A stretch of DNA of 64,000 bases from the NCBI GenBank assembly GCA_951406725.2, contig OX597838.1, positions 19,902,001 to 19,966,000 of the forward strand, written 5' to 3'. Positions within the stretch are counted from its first letter, which is position 1, and every line of letters starts with the position of its first letter. The notes under the pieces are model-generated. The model searched no databases, was not told the origin of the DNA, and saw nothing but the letters and a program-made list of their open reading frames with translations. Shown piece after piece: positions 23,534 to 37,189 of this stretch. Both the position numbers and the translations under genes were made by a program. Source of the DNA: Octopus vulgaris. Taxonomy: Eukaryota.

Positions 23534-24976
23534 GTAAGTAACCAATTCTGATTCCCATGGTAACCTATATAGTTACCATTTTATTTTTTACCCACCAATT
23601 TACCTGGGTAGATATTTACAGGGATTTAAAAAAAAATTTTTTTTTAGGCGCAGGAGTGGCTGTGTGGTAAGTAGCTTGCTTACCAACCACATGGTTCTGG
23701 GTTCAGTCCCACTGCGTGGTACCTTGGGCAAGTGTCTTCTACTATAGCCTCGGGCCGACCAAAGCCTTGTGAGTGGATTTGGTAGACGGAAACTGAAAGA
23801 AGCCCGTCGTATATATGTGTGTTTGTCCCCCTAGCATTGCTTGACAACCGATGCTGGTGTGTTTATGTCCCCGTCACTTAGCAGTTCGGCAAAAGAGACC
23901 GATAGAATAAGTACTGGGCTTCCAAAGAATAAGTCCCGGGGTCAAGTTGCTCAACTAAAAGCGGTGCTCCAGCATGGCTGCAGTCAACTGACTGAAACAA
24001 GTAAAAGAGTAAGCGTTCAATCTCTTACTGTCTTACTGCTTTCAGTCATTGGATTGTGGTCATGCTAGCAAACTACTTGCCTTTAAGGGTTTTATGAACT
24101 GTTATTGACTGCTGTCGTTAATCTGATACTCACCATATCAAATGGTTGTTTAAATTGCTTCACTTTAAGGATTTGTCTTCCCTTAAGGTGTAAATGCTAC
24201 AAGCAATATGCACCATTTTATACACAGACATGTTTATGGTGATATTCCCCCATGGCCAGACATATTTTCATGGAAGATTGGAAACAAAGTACATCACTTG
24301 TTATGACATTGATGCTCATTTACAACTATCATGCAATGTTTTGACACTAACACACGCACACACACATATTAACAGGCTTCTTTCAGTTTCCCATGCTACT
24401 GCCATATCTAAAACACTGGTGCTGCTGCAATATAAAAAGCACCCAGTACACTCTGTAAAAGGCTGGCCTTGGGCTATAGAAACATTGCCAAAATAGATAG
24501 TTGGATCCTGGTGCAACTCTCTGGCTTGCCAGCTCCTGTCAAACCATTCAACACATGCCATCACGGAAAACAGACATTAGATGATGACAATGACAACAAC
24601 GACACTCTACCAAATCTTTTAAATCTACTCTCAAGGCTATTGTAGAAGACATTTGCTCGAGTGATATTTACATGGTCCCTCAGCCTGCTAAAAATAGCAA
24701 CCAGATCTTCAAACTTCTTACCACACAGCCATGACAGCAGTCTCTCGCAAGAGATAGACCTTAATACCACAATCTATATACTACATTCTTCTCGCAATGT
24801 TGTTTCACCCACTTCTCAGTTATATTTTCACTTGGTCACCAGAATTTATTGAACCAGTACAATGACTCCAGCTTGGCCTGTTATGTTCTGACTTTGTGTT
24901 TGTTGTGAGAATGGAGCAAGGGGGATCTTGATTTTTTTTTTTTTTTTTGTCTAATGTTTCCATTGATATATTGCAG

Positions 24977-25066
24977 CAACACCTCCGCAAGGTCACTGAA
25001 CAGTTCCCGGAGGATGTTGAGGCCTGGATTGAATTAGCTCAGATTCTGGAACAAACTGATGTCTTG
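24977..25066 (+). CDS. CTR9: CTR9 exon 10
   Basis: [30 protein letters not shown]|gtaagt. Confidence 0.96.
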
Positions 25067-25077
25067 GTAAGTAAAAT

Positions 25078-26030
25078 ATTGGAAGAGGAGGAGGAGGAGG
25101 AAACTTGTGCTGTGTGATTGTAAGTGGGAGGAGTTAATGTTTTAGAGGAGGAGTTGTGTTTGAACCTTGTGTTGGAAGAAGAGGAGTGATATGTTGCAGG
25201 AAGAGGAAACTTGTACTGTGTGGTTGTAGGTGGGAGGAGTTGTGATTGAACCTTGTGTTGGAAGAAGAGGAATGATATGTTGCAGGAAGAGGAAACTTGT
25301 ACTGTGTGGTTGTAGGTGGGAGGAGTTGTGATTGAACCTTGTGTTGGAAGAAGAGGAGTGATATGTTGCAGGAAGAGGAAACTTGTACTGTGTGGTTGTA
25401 GGTGGGAGGAGTTGTGATTGAACCTTGTGTTGGAAGAAGAGGAGTGATATGTTGCAGGAAGAGGAAACTTGTGCTGTGTGATTGTAGGTGGGAGGAGTTA
25501 ATGTTTTAGAGGAGGAGTTGTGATTGAACCTTGTGTTGGAAGAAGAGGAGTGATACGTTGCAGGAAGAGGAAACTTGTACTGTGTGGTTGTAGGTGGGAG
25601 GAGTTGTGATTGAACCTTGTGTTGGAAGAAGAGGAGTGATATGTTGCAGGAAGAGGAAACTTGTGCTATGTGATTGTAGGTGGGAGGAATTAATGTTTTA
25701 GAGGAGGAGTTGTGATTGAACCTTGTGTTGGAGGAAGAGGAGTGATATGTTGCAGGAAGAGGAGACTTGTGAGGGAACCTTGTGCTGAGGGAGTGTTGCT
25801 GGGAGGAGAAGTGATGTCACCTTGTGCTGAGGGAGTGTTGCTGGGAGGAGAAGTGATGTCACCTTGTGCTGAGGGAGTGTTGCTGGGCGGAGAAGTGATG
25901 TCACCTTGTGTTGGAGGGAGAGGAGACTTGTGAGGGAGTTTTGCTGGGAGGAGATGTGATGTCACCTTGTGTTAGTGAGAGGAGTGATGTGTTGGAGGGA
26001 GAGGAGACTTGTGAGAGAACCTTGTGCTGT
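25078..26030. repeat. G/A-rich compound minisatellite (86/107-bp and 42-bp units)
   Basis: TGTGATTGAACC at 25241, 25327 and 25413 (period 86); CCTTGTGCTGAGGGAGTGTTGCTGGGAGGAGAAGTGATGTCA x3. Confidence 0.92.
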
Positions 26031-26330
26031 ATGACCGTTGGCGGAAGGAGTGCTGCACAGGAGCCAGTCCAGCAGCACTGGCAACGACCTCGCTAGAATG
26101 TTTTTTGACGTACCACCAGCACAAGTGCCAGTAAGGCGAAGCAGGTAACGGTCACACTCGAATGGTGTTTTTTTTACGTCCCACCGGCACGGAGGCCAGC
26201 TTGTTGCTCTGGCAATGATTTGCTATTTCTAATAGATCAAGTACCCATGGAGAGGCTCCCTTGTTATCTCATAGGAAATTGATTCCCTTCAGATACAGAA
26301 TGCCTCATTTTATGCTTTTCTTATTTACAG

Positions 26331-26459
26331 GGTGCCCTTTCGGCATATGGCACTGCCACCAGAATTCTGAAAGATAAAGTTCAAGCTGATGTGCCACCCG
26401 AGATTCTTAACAATGTGGCTGCCTTACATTTTAGAATTGGCAATTTCATGGAATCCAAG
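26331..26459 (+). CDS. CTR9: CTR9 exon 11
   Basis: [43 protein letters not shown]|gtttgt. Confidence 0.95.
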
Positions 26460-27520
26460 GTTTGTGTTTTATGTAATTTTCCTTCTCGTTGCTATGATAA
26501 GCACTGTGACAGCACCAATGATTTCTTGTTATTTTGTAAACTTACATTAAGTAAGGTGCACACAATGCTATTTTGAACTAACACCACTTCCATCACTAAT
26601 AACAAACTTTTTACCAAGCATGCCAGCTATTTGTGAATCAGTGTTCTGTTAATCACTGTTTTTCTATATCGTTAGAGGCTAAATTTGTCTAAGCATATGA
26701 TTGCTAAGTCGATACACGCTGATGATGATGCGCAAAGACGCAGAAATCCAGATTCAACAATTCCACTGCCACTGCTCAGATGCTTTCCATCTACTGCTGA
26801 AAAACTACTTCTGTGTTTTTTAGCACTATACACCTATAAGAGATGGTGTCTCAAGACAAATACTGCAGTTTTGTGGCTTTCTACAGCGTATCCACATTGG
26901 GTAATATATACAGAATGCTGGGGGGTTTTTTTATTAAATTTTTATTTGATTTCATGCATTTTGTAAGCAATAACTGTGTTGGTTATAGATTTCTTAGTTG
27001 AGCAGGAATAGCAACTGGTTTACTGCATTTGCAGTAACAAGGGAATGTCTGCAACTCACATGGAAGAATTAGCACATGGTATTTTTATTCAGTCCACACA
27101 TTTATTGGTATTTTTGTCTCATCAGTGTGTAGATTTTTCACTAGTGGGGTGCCCCAGCATGGCCACAGACTAATGACTGACACAAATAAAAGACATACAC
27201 ACACATCTTTGTGGGTATGTGTGTGTATATGATTGGGCTTCTGCACAGTTACCGTCTGCCAAAATCCACTCCCAAGCTTATAGTAGAAGTCATTTACCTA
27301 AGATGGTGCAGAGAACCACATGGTTGGAAAATGGACTTAAACCACACATCCATGTCTGTACCTGAATTCATTTACCCAAGGTGCTGTGCAATGTGATTGA
27401 ACACAAAGCAACATTGAGTGTCCCCCTGGAAAAAAAAAAGCACGTGCACACACACACACACACATTCCAAAACGTGACATTTATGTAGTTTAGTGTAGCT
27501 GATTGTTTGATGTCTTTCAG

Positions 27521-27704
27521 AAATATTATGAAGCTTCACTTGAACGCTCCCGACATGAAGCACAGCACGATGAGACATACTACAGTGCAATCTCAGTAAC
27601 CACAACCTACAACTTGGCGCGACTCTATGAAGCAACCCATGAGTATGATAAAGCAGAGAAACTGTACAAGAATATTCTGAGAGAGCATCCTAACTATGTC
27701 GATT
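27521..27704 (+). CDS. CTR9: CTR9 exon 12
   Basis: [10 protein letters not shown]...[15 protein letters not shown]...REHPNYVD, phase 1 donor gtaagc. Confidence 0.96.
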
Positions 27705-27823
27705 GTAAGCTATTTCTTTTCACTTCTCACACAATTTTATCTTGACTTTTTTTTTTTTACCTGGTGTGCTTAAGCGAAAGCAGGATATTGTAGTCGCTCG
27801 TCTTTGTCTGTTTATCTGCAAAA

Positions 27824-28125
27824 CTAGCAGTATCGCTCGGCGTTGCTCGGGTTTGTAAGGGAAATAGCTATATAAGCATTTTTAGAGAGTTACTTCCCTT
27901 ATATAAACCGAGCAAAAATGCATTAAAAAAACGAAAAAATGATGGTAAATTTCTTTTTTAATCGTAGACTCATCGTAGACGCGCTAATACCCAGAAGGGC
28001 TCGATATGAATCACGACTATAAAATACCCGCTTTTGGTTAAACTGCACCGCAAAATGTGGGAGTAGTTAGGAATCTAAATCGGAGGAGACAGACTCTCAC
28101 ACAACTTCAGTTTTATATATAAAGA
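27824..28125 (-). mobile_element. Non-autonomous Helitron
   Basis: Minus strand A|TCTTTATATAT start, GC hairpin CCCGAGC-AAC-GCCGAG, CTAG|T end. Confidence 0.82.
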
Positions 28126-28710
28126 TTACTAGAATATGGCAGAAGGGATTTTCGCCAAATTTGACAGAAATAGTCATTGGGTGGGTGTCTCGAACTCATT
28201 AAATTTTGATTATTATCTTCAAAACTGGTGGACGAGTGAATCCAAATATTTTTTTTTTCTTTGTTACATATGCATAAACGATAAGCAGGGGAAATAACTC
28301 GATGAAATATGAATTCGTCTGAGAATATATTTATCAAATTAAATTTTATTTAATCTTTGTATCACTAATATCAATGAAAACAAATCTGTATTCTTGTACT
28401 AATTATCATCATCATTGAACATCTGTTTTCTATGCAGGCATGGGTTGGATGGTTTAACAGGGGTTGGCTAGACAGCAGTCTGCACCAGGCTTCACTGTCA
28501 GTTTTGGCATGGTTTTTATACACACAATGTATACATATATGGAAACTATACGGTTAACACTTAATTTGCTGGAAGACTTGCAGCATTGCTTCACAGAACC
28601 TTATTTGGAATGTGGGTGAGGGGTAAGATGGAATTAACAGAAATATCATATGAATATAAAGCTAATCTAACAAAGTAGTTTTCAGGTGAGCACTCTACTT
28701 TATTCTTCAG

Positions 28711-28799
28711 GTTACCTGAGATTAGGTTGCATGGCACGTGATCGGGGACAAATCTATGAAGCGTCTGATTGGTTCAAAGAAGCCCTACAGATAAACCAG
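28711..28799 (+). CDS. CTR9: CTR9 exon 13
   Basis: [29 protein letters not shown]|gtgagg. Confidence 0.96.
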
Positions 28800-29115
28800 G
28801 TGAGGTCACTGAAATTCATTCTATTAATTTGCTGTTCTTTGAGAATTGTGTACAATTATAGGTGCAGGAGTGGCTGTGTGGTAAGTAGCTTGCTTACCAA
28901 CCACATGATTCCGGGTTCAGTCCCACTGCGTGGCACCTTGGACAAGTGTCTTCTACTATAGCCTTGTGAATGGATTTGGTAGATAGAAACTGAAAGAAGC
29001 TCATCGTATATGTATGTAAATATCTATGTGTGTGTGTGTGTCTATTTCAAACATTCATTAGACATTATATTAATTTCTTTTTTTTAAAGTTTGGTAAATT
29101 TCTGTTTATATGTAG

Positions 29116-29301
29116 GATCATCCAGATGCCTGGTCTTTAATTGGAAACCTTCATTTAGCCAAACAAGAGTGGGGCCCTGGGCAGAAGAAGTTTGAACGAA
29201 TTATCCAGAGACCTAATACCAAAGATGACTCTTATTCCCTTATTGCTCTTGGCAATGTCTGGCTACAAACTCTTCATCAGCCAATCAGAGACAAAGACAA
29301 G
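29116..29301 (+). CDS. CTR9: CTR9 exon 14
   Basis: [29 protein letters not shown]...[19 protein letters not shown]|gttaga. Confidence 0.96.
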
Positions 29302-29957
29302 GTTAGAGCTTTATATCCAATTGATTCATTATCATTGTCACTTATAGACGAGGGGTGTTGAAAAGTTCCTGGCTTTAAGGGTATTGTAAAAGGCCTGGTT
29401 GGAGGCCCCAGCCTTCAGAGATCTTTTACTGGGCTTAGAAAAACTGAAGGACTGCTGCAATGAGTGTATGAATCTGAAAGAAGAATATGTTGAAGTTGAT
29501 TTCTTAACTACCCACAAGGGGCTAAACACAGAGGGGACAAACAAGGACAGACAAAGGGATTAAGGCGATTACATCGACCCCAGTCCCAGTACGCAACTGG
29601 TACTTAATTTATCGACCCCGGGAGGATGAAAGGCAAAGTCGACCTCGGCGGAATTTGAACTCGGAACGTAACAACAGACGAAATACGGCTACGCATTTCG
29701 CCCAGCGTGCTAACGTTTCTGCCAGCTCGCCGCCTTGTGCCAGCTTGCCGCCTTTTATGTTGAAGTTGTTGAGGAGAGAGACTCGTCAGGGACAAATTGT
29801 GTGCAGGTACGTTCACGAGAGAAGAGAAAGAAGAGCAGAAAATAAACGGGAGAGGAATGCAGTGAATGGGGAACCCAGGTGGAGGGATGGAGGGTGTTAG
29901 GAAGAAATGTTTTTTATTTACCTAAAAAATGAAAACAAATTATTTTAATAATTGCAG

Positions 29958-30045
29958 GAGAAACGACACCAAGACCGAGCTTTGGCTATGTACAAACAGG
30001 TACTAAGAAATGATGCACGCAACATTTGGGCCTCAAATGGGATTG
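29958..30045 (+). CDS. CTR9: CTR9 exon 15
   Basis: [29 protein letters not shown], phase 1 donor gtaagt. Confidence 0.96.
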
Positions 30046-30704
30046 GTAAGTTGTCGTCATTGTTAAGTAGCACTGTTTAGCTTTGTTTTAAGATTACGGC
30101 TGTGTAGATTTGAAACAGTCATGAGCAAATTGCAGTCTGTAGGACTCTCTGAATGGCATGCCTAACAAAAAGTTACCTTGGATTTTTTTTTTGTAGTACA
30201 GCTTACCTGATGGTGAGCTGTGTCTAATGTAGCCTGCTTGATAATGAGCTGTGGCCCACCTAGTAATGAGCCATATCTCCTGTGGCCCACCTGACAGTGA
30301 CTTATGTCTCATGTGGCCTGCTTCTCATAAATGGTTGTCCATACCTGATTTAAAACATCCAATATGTTGTTGTTTGATTTCCCAAGTCAAGCAACAACAT
30401 ACTGGATCTCTATGATTTCCAGGCATTCTAGCCATGACCATCTCATCTTTGCTTTGCAGATCGGACATGATATTAGTTAATGTATCTTTTCTAATAAGGT
30501 ATGATTTTGACCACCATTGTTTGCTGGTCAAGCTTGTTGGTCTGAGTGGTGACACACACAATTGACACATTATGTCACCAATCATCTTCATTTTTTTGTT
30601 ATCTCATCAGAATTTGTTGGATATTCCTCCCCTTCAAGTGTCTTTTGACCAAAACATTTATACCTAGCTTTTATTGTTCACACGACTGCGAAGACCCGAC
30701 AAAT

Positions 30705-31157
30705 GAAGTGAATTCATGGCTTGCTGTGCTAACTTTGGATCGTAGAGTGACCCATTGTGCTTGAGGAGACCTATTGAGTCAAGTATGTCAACACCAACAT
30801 CAAAATAAAAATCAAATGGAAATTGTAGTTATGATACCCGTACTGGTGGCACGTAAAAAGCACCATCCAAACATGGCAGATGCCAGCACCGCCTGACTGG
30901 TGTCCGTGTCGGTGACACGTAAAAAGCACCAACTGATTATAGCCGTTTGCCAGCCTCCTCTGGCCTCTGTGCTGGTGGCACGTAAAAAGCACCCACTACA
31001 TTCACGGAGTGGTTGGCATTAGGTAGGGCATCCAGCCGTAGAAACACTGCCAGATCAGACTGGGGCCTGGCGCCGCCTCCTGGCTTCCCAGACCCCAGTC
31101 AAACCGTCCAACCCATGCTAGCATGGAAAACGGACGTTAAACGATGATGATGATGAT
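30705..31157 (+). mobile_element. Modular SINE family D with repeated GGTGGCACGTAAAAAGCACC blocks and (GAT)n tail
   Basis: Tail CATGGAAAACGGACGTTAAACGATGATGAT; relatives at 14190-14380, 18540-18724, 34931-35110(-), 36010-36296, 58645-59000(-), 61373-61746. Confidence 0.8.
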
Positions 31158-32111
31158 CTCTCGTGTGTATCAACTGCTTTAATTAGCAGCAAGTCTCTAA
31201 CTTCATTTGCATTCCACTTCCTCTTACTGATCAGCGTCCATTCCAGTTGGGCAACTTGTCCAGGCCAGTAGCTGAAATATTTCATCTGTGCATGCCACAA
31301 CTACAGATGATAGCCATAGTTTGCTAACTGAACTGATTGATCCTGGCTGTTGACAATTTGTTGACTGTTCATCTTCTCAGCATCTTGTGATATTAGCCAT
31401 TGACTCAATCTACCAAAATAGTTCACATCCAAAAGTACTGCATGTTGTGATTTCAGTGTATCCTGGCTTAAGTGGTTACTAAGTACTAGGCCTTGCCAAG
31501 GGGCCACCAGTGATTCACTCTGAAGCTGTTTATTCCTATATTCGTGCTGGTGCCACATAAAAAGCACCCAGTACATTCTGTAAAGTGGTTGGTGTTAGGA
31601 ACCTATTTCTTTACTACCCACATGGAGTTAAACACAGAGAGGACAGACAAAGGGATTAAGTTGATTATATCGACCCCAGTGCGTAACTGGTACTTAACTT
31701 ATCGACCCCGAAAGGGTGAAAGGCAAAGTCGACTTCGGCGGAATTCGAACTCAGAACGTAACGGCAGATGAAATACCGCTAAGCATGTCGCCCGGCGTGC
31801 TAACGTTTCTGCCAGCTCGCCGCCTAAAGTCTACTGGTATACTGAGAGTCTACCAGAGTTTACTTGTATACTGAATTAGAATGGACTGTGGTGTTAGGAA
31901 CCAGCACTAGAAACTATGCCAGAAGAGACATATTTCTCTCCAGCCTCTGCAGATCTTCAGAATTAAACAGACTGTATTTCACTTTGCAGTCTACTATTTT
32001 CATTTTGATTTCCATATTCTTTTGTCTGTTATTCATTTTAACCTTGTCAATGTTCAACCGTGTTGTTGTTTTTTTATGTCAGTAAAGTTAAATAATTTTT
32101 GTTGTTGCCAG

Positions 32112-32260
32112 GTTGTGTTCTTGCCCACAAAGGCTGTATCAACGAAGCCAGAGATATATTTGCTCAAGTCCGTGAGGCGACTGCTGATTTTTGTGATGTC
32201 TGGCTTAATATTGCCCACATCTATGTGGAACAGAAACAGTATGTAGCTGCAGTACAAATG
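32112..32260 (+). CDS. CTR9: CTR9 exon 16
   Basis: [49 protein letters not shown]|gtcagt. Confidence 0.96.
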
Positions 32261-33370
32261 GTCAGTTCCAATTAAACAACTTCTTTTTTTTTCATGTATG
32301 AATTTTATGTTTTTTTGTAAAAGTAACCTGGCACATCCATCCCAGACCACATAGTTTAGAGTATTTAATCTCATCCTCATCACATTGGAGAGGATATGTT
32401 ACTAGCTGTTATGGAATAATGGCTGGAAATGATTCTATTCTGTGAAGCTAAAAGTGGAAGGCATTTGCACAATTCTTATTATTCTTTTCGGTAGTCTCTC
32501 AGGTCCAAGAAAGATGCTTCTACAATTTGTTGCTGAACAACCTGCATAGATGATTTAGTGATCAGATGATTTAGTGATCAAATGTAGATGTCATTGATTG
32601 GTTGAAATTGCCAAAATGCAAGAAATTAAACAACAAATAGCTTGCAAACTACAGAATTTTCTCAAGAAAGCCAAGAGAAAAAGATGTTTTATGTAACACA
32701 TTCTACCAGTATACGAAGTTTAAAAGTGTTTAGTTACAAAGAAATTATTTTGAAAATCTGCCGGTCAAAGCGAAAAGATCCATAGAAACTATATGTGTGT
32801 GTGTGTGTGTGTGTGTGGAGGCGCATGGCTTAGTGGTTAGGATGTCAGCATCATGATCGTAAGATTGTGGTTTCGATTCCTGGACCGGGCAACGCGTTGT
32901 GTTCTTGGGCAAAACACTTCACTTCACGTTGCTCCAGTCCACTCAGCTGGCAAAAACGAGTAACGCTGCAATGGACTGGCATCCATCCAGCTGGGGAACA
33001 CACATGCCATTGAAACCGGGAAACCAGGCCCATGAGCCTGGCTAGGCTTTAAAAGGGCGCATTTGTTTATTTATTATATATATGTGTATATATATAATGT
33101 ATATATTGAGATTAAAATATGTTAGGATTGAAGTCAGAGCAATAAGGAAAGCTCTTAGTGAACATTACTACTGTCACTACTTTGTGGTGTGCATTGTTCT
33201 GTTAATCCATTGCAAAGATTCCTTATTCTGCTTTATACCACAATTTCTCTCTCTATTCTTTATCCCATTTTCCTTTTATTCCTTATTCCTCTCTATATTT
33301 CTCTCAACAACCATGTATATGTATCTATGTATATATATATGTTTTATATTTCATATGTCATCATCTTCAG

Positions 33371-33487
33371 TACGAGAACTGTTTACGTAAGTTCTTCAAA
33401 TACCACAATACAGAAGTGCTCCTGTATCTAGCCAGGGCTTACTTCAAGTGTAGCAAGCTGAAAGAATGTAAACAACTACTGCTGAAG
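33371..33487 (+). CDS. CTR9: CTR9 exon 17
   Basis: [39 protein letters not shown]|gtaagt. Confidence 0.96.
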
Positions 33488-33498
33488 GTAAGTCTTCA

Positions 33499-33558
<60 letters not shown>

Positions 33559-34488
33559 ACCAGACATAAATAATTGTCATAACCTATTTCCTTTTTGTAG
33601 TAAGGCAATACAGTCAGTGATAAGTCAAATTTACTACAATAAAGAAATATGTATTGACTATTATTGTTTTGTATACCACTCTGTGTAAAAGACCAGTTTA
33701 AATGAAACACAACCACAGATTTGCAATATAGAATGGCGGTGCCCCAGCATGGCCACAGCTCGTGAGCTGAAACTAGATAAAATAAAAAATAAATAGAATG
33801 GTGATGAACTATCACTCAATTCCTGCCACCATAATACACAAAGTTCTTTACTAATCTAAACAATATTGTTAGCCTGGTGTATTAACAGAGCTTATAAAGT
33901 AATTTGCCCAGATTGATAATCTCTCACTAACAACTTTGTTCTGTATATATATATATATTTATTTATTTATATTGTTGCTATTATGCAAAAGTGTCATAAG
34001 TCCAAAACGTTGCTTTTTCAGAAAGCGGGAAAATAGTTTCACCATTCCATTCCTATTTTTTACAATAGCAACAGTTTCAGCTTAACAATAATACTTTGTT
34101 GGGTGCATAAAATTAGAACTCCATGCATGTATGATATTTTCAGTCGGAAATATTTTTGCAAAACTGTCATATGTGGGACTTACTACACTTCTGAAAAATG
34201 GTAAACTGTTGTACTACACTTTGACTATTTTTGATATCTTGGCATTTGAAGCAGCTGGAGATACGTTAGTTTGACCAAAAGAACCGGCTTTTGCAAGCAA
34301 AATTAGATATTGTAAAAAAAAAAACACATTTGGCCAAATTTGGACATGCGACAGTTTAACATAATAGCAACAATATATATACACACACAGATCAATCGAT
34401 CGATGGGTGGGAGAGAGAAAATGTATGCTATTGTTTTTGATTTTCTAAAAAAAAATCTGTATGTTGGATTTTGTGGTTTTATTTTCAG

Positions 34489-34634
34489 GCACGTCATGTT
34501 TCTCCCAGTGACACAGTGCTATTGTACAATATTGCGTTGGTGCAGCAGAAGCTTGCAATGTCAATATTGAAGGATGAGAAAAGTAACCTGAAAGCTGTGT
34601 TAAGTGCAGTTGAGGACTTGAAACTGGCTCACAG
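34489..34634 (+). CDS. CTR9: CTR9 exon 18
   Basis: [48 protein letters not shown], phase 2. Confidence 0.96.
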
Positions 34635-34707
34635 GTAAACTCTTACGCAATAGCTCATCCTTATTGTCTGTGTCCAAATATTGATGGTTGTGTATGTCTG
34701 ATCAGTT

Positions 34708-34760
<53 letters not shown>

Positions 34761-35113
34761 CGCACACACATTCTTTATTTTCTCTCCTTGTTTCTTTCTG
34801 TGGAAGAGCGTAGGCTCAAAACGTTAGAGATTTTTTCACTTCCCGAGCGTTATACTAATACATCAGTTTGTTGTCCACACCACCTGTCTTCGTCTTTTGC
34901 TTTTTTTTGTGAATTCTCCCCCTATATATATCATCATCATCGTTTAGCATCCGTTTTCCATGCTAGCATGGGTTGGACGGTTCTACTGTGGTCTGTGAAG
35001 CCAGGAGGCTTCATCAGGCCCAGTCAAATCTGGCAGTCTTTCTACGGCTGGATGCCCTTCCTAACGCCAACCACTCCGTGAGTGTAGTGGGTGCTTTTTA
35101 TGTGCCACCCATG

Positions 35114-35145
<32 letters not shown>

Positions 35146-36561
35146 GAGGCGCAATGACCCAGTGGTTAGGGCAGCGGACTCGCAGTCATAGGGTGGCGGT
35201 TTTGATACCCAAACCAGGCATTGTGAGTGTTTATTGAGCGAAAACACCTAAAAGCTCCACGAGGCTCCGACAGGGGGTGGTGACGATCCCTGATGTACTC
35301 TTTTGCCGCAACTTTCTCCCACTCTTCTGTTGACCTGCTCGTTTAGCCAGCGGGGTGGCATATTTGAAGGCTAAAACAATGTGAAGCACATTGTGACCAG
35401 CGATGTGTAGCAACATCTGATAGCTTGGTCGGTCACATGATGTATGTGTGTCTAAAGAAGCTAATGGCTGTTATTGTTGTCGTTAAACCATAAATCAACC
35501 TTGATCAAAGATGTTTCATTAACAACCAATCCTAATTTCTTTTATCTAGAACTACATTCTGTGAATCCAGGGGTTCTCAACCATCTTTTACCTAAGGATC
35601 CCTTTGATTACTATTTTATTCTGGTGGACCCCCCATAGCCTTTCAGTGTTTAAAAACTAGTTTTCTAGAAACTTCTTTCAAGATCCCTTTTTTGTTTTTC
35701 ACACATTAACTTTTGTAAAATGTGAGAGCAAGAAACCTAATTGTTTTTCTTGCAATACATACATTTAAAGCAAAATTTTTTCAAGGGTCCTTAAAATACT
35801 ATTGTGGATACCCTATTTACTATTTTGTTTCATGGACCCAGTTGAGAACCACTAGTTCATCAAATACATTATTTGATGCCTGTTGTCTTTTTGAAGTTAG
35901 TTCATCTAAGATTAACTCTTTTTTTTTTACCATATTTCTGTTTGAATCCACTGTCTGTTTCAATTAATTATGAAAATACTCTTTTACTTGTTACAATCAT
36001 TTGACTGTTGCCAGTGCCATTGGACTGGTTCCTGTGCAGGTGGCACATAAAAGGCATCATTTGAGCGTGGCCGTTGCCAGTACTGGCAGACTGGCCAGAC
36101 TGGCCCTCGTGCCGGTAGCACGTAAAAGCACCCACTACACTCTCAGAGCGGTTGGTGTTAGGGAGGGCATCCAGTTGTAGAAACTCTGCCAGATCAGATT
36201 GGAGCCTGGTGCAGCCCCATCTGGTTCACCAGACCTCTGTCAAATTGTCCAACCCATACTAACATGGAAAGCAGACGTTAAACGATGATGATGATGAATT
36301 CCTTCCTCTGTGTTGTGTGTTCCAACCAACTTAAATCTCTATCAGTGAGGATTTCCATTACATACGGCAGTCCCTAAAGATCAAGTAGACATGCATATAT
36401 ACTTAGCTGTAGTTTGTTCATCCTTTCAGGGTCGATAACATAAATACCAGTGGGGTCAGTGTAATAAACCCGTCACTTTCCTCAAAATTGCTGGCCTTGT
36501 GCCAAAATTTGAAACCAGTATTTTACTGACTTGATGTTGTTACTGTTGTTTTTTGTTCCAG

Positions 36562-36633
36562 ATATTTCATGTATCTCGGTCAACATGGAGACCGTATGAA
36601 GTTTGACCTGGCACAAGCTGCCATAGAAGCAGG
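36562..36633 (+). CDS. CTR9: CTR9 exon 19
   Basis: YFMYLGQHGDRMKFDLAQAAIEA, phase 2/2, gtaagg donor. Confidence 0.94.
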
Positions 36634-36968
36634 GTAAGGCCTCCTATATTTGTTTTTTTGTTTTTTTCCTTTTTTTGTATTTTCTAGCGTCAGGGACACT
36701 CTGGCCTGGAAGATGCAACTCTGATTTTAACTTGAAAAATTTTGCCAAAAAGACAAACATAAAAACAAACTTTACCGATATCTACAGAAGATATTGGTAA
36801 AGTTTGTTTCTACGTTTGTCTTTTTGGCAACATTTCAGGACTGGTAAAATAAGTAGCAATCAAGTACTGGGATCAGTGTAATCAACTAGGCCCTCCCACA
36901 AAATTTCATATATTGTGCTTATAGTAAAAAGGCTTTTATAACAATGTTGTAACTGTACTTTTGTTTAA

Positions 36969-37189
36969 CCCTTTCATTACTGTATTTATTTTGAGATGCT
37001 CCGTGTTTCTTTCAATTACTTTAGATATAATAAAGAATTTAGTAAACTAACTTTGTTATCATTAAGCTGGTGTTAGGAACATAAATTTTAACTAAGATTT
37101 GGTGGAAGATTTTAATTCAGAACTTATGAAAACGAGACATTTGTACTACAGAGCCAGAGCCGGTTTTGGCCGGGTTGGTAACGAAAGGG
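36969..37189. mobile_element. piggyBac-like MITE family 2
   Basis: TTAA|CCCTTTCATTAC...GTAACGAAAGGG|TTAA; copies at 41138-41365, 48714-48934, 50467-51005. Confidence 0.82.

Noticed and set aside
28681-28710. TTCAG|GTGAG recursive splice site before exon 13
   Set aside because: Only 25 nt from the real acceptor, too short for a second splicing step, and frame-shifting if used as an acceptor
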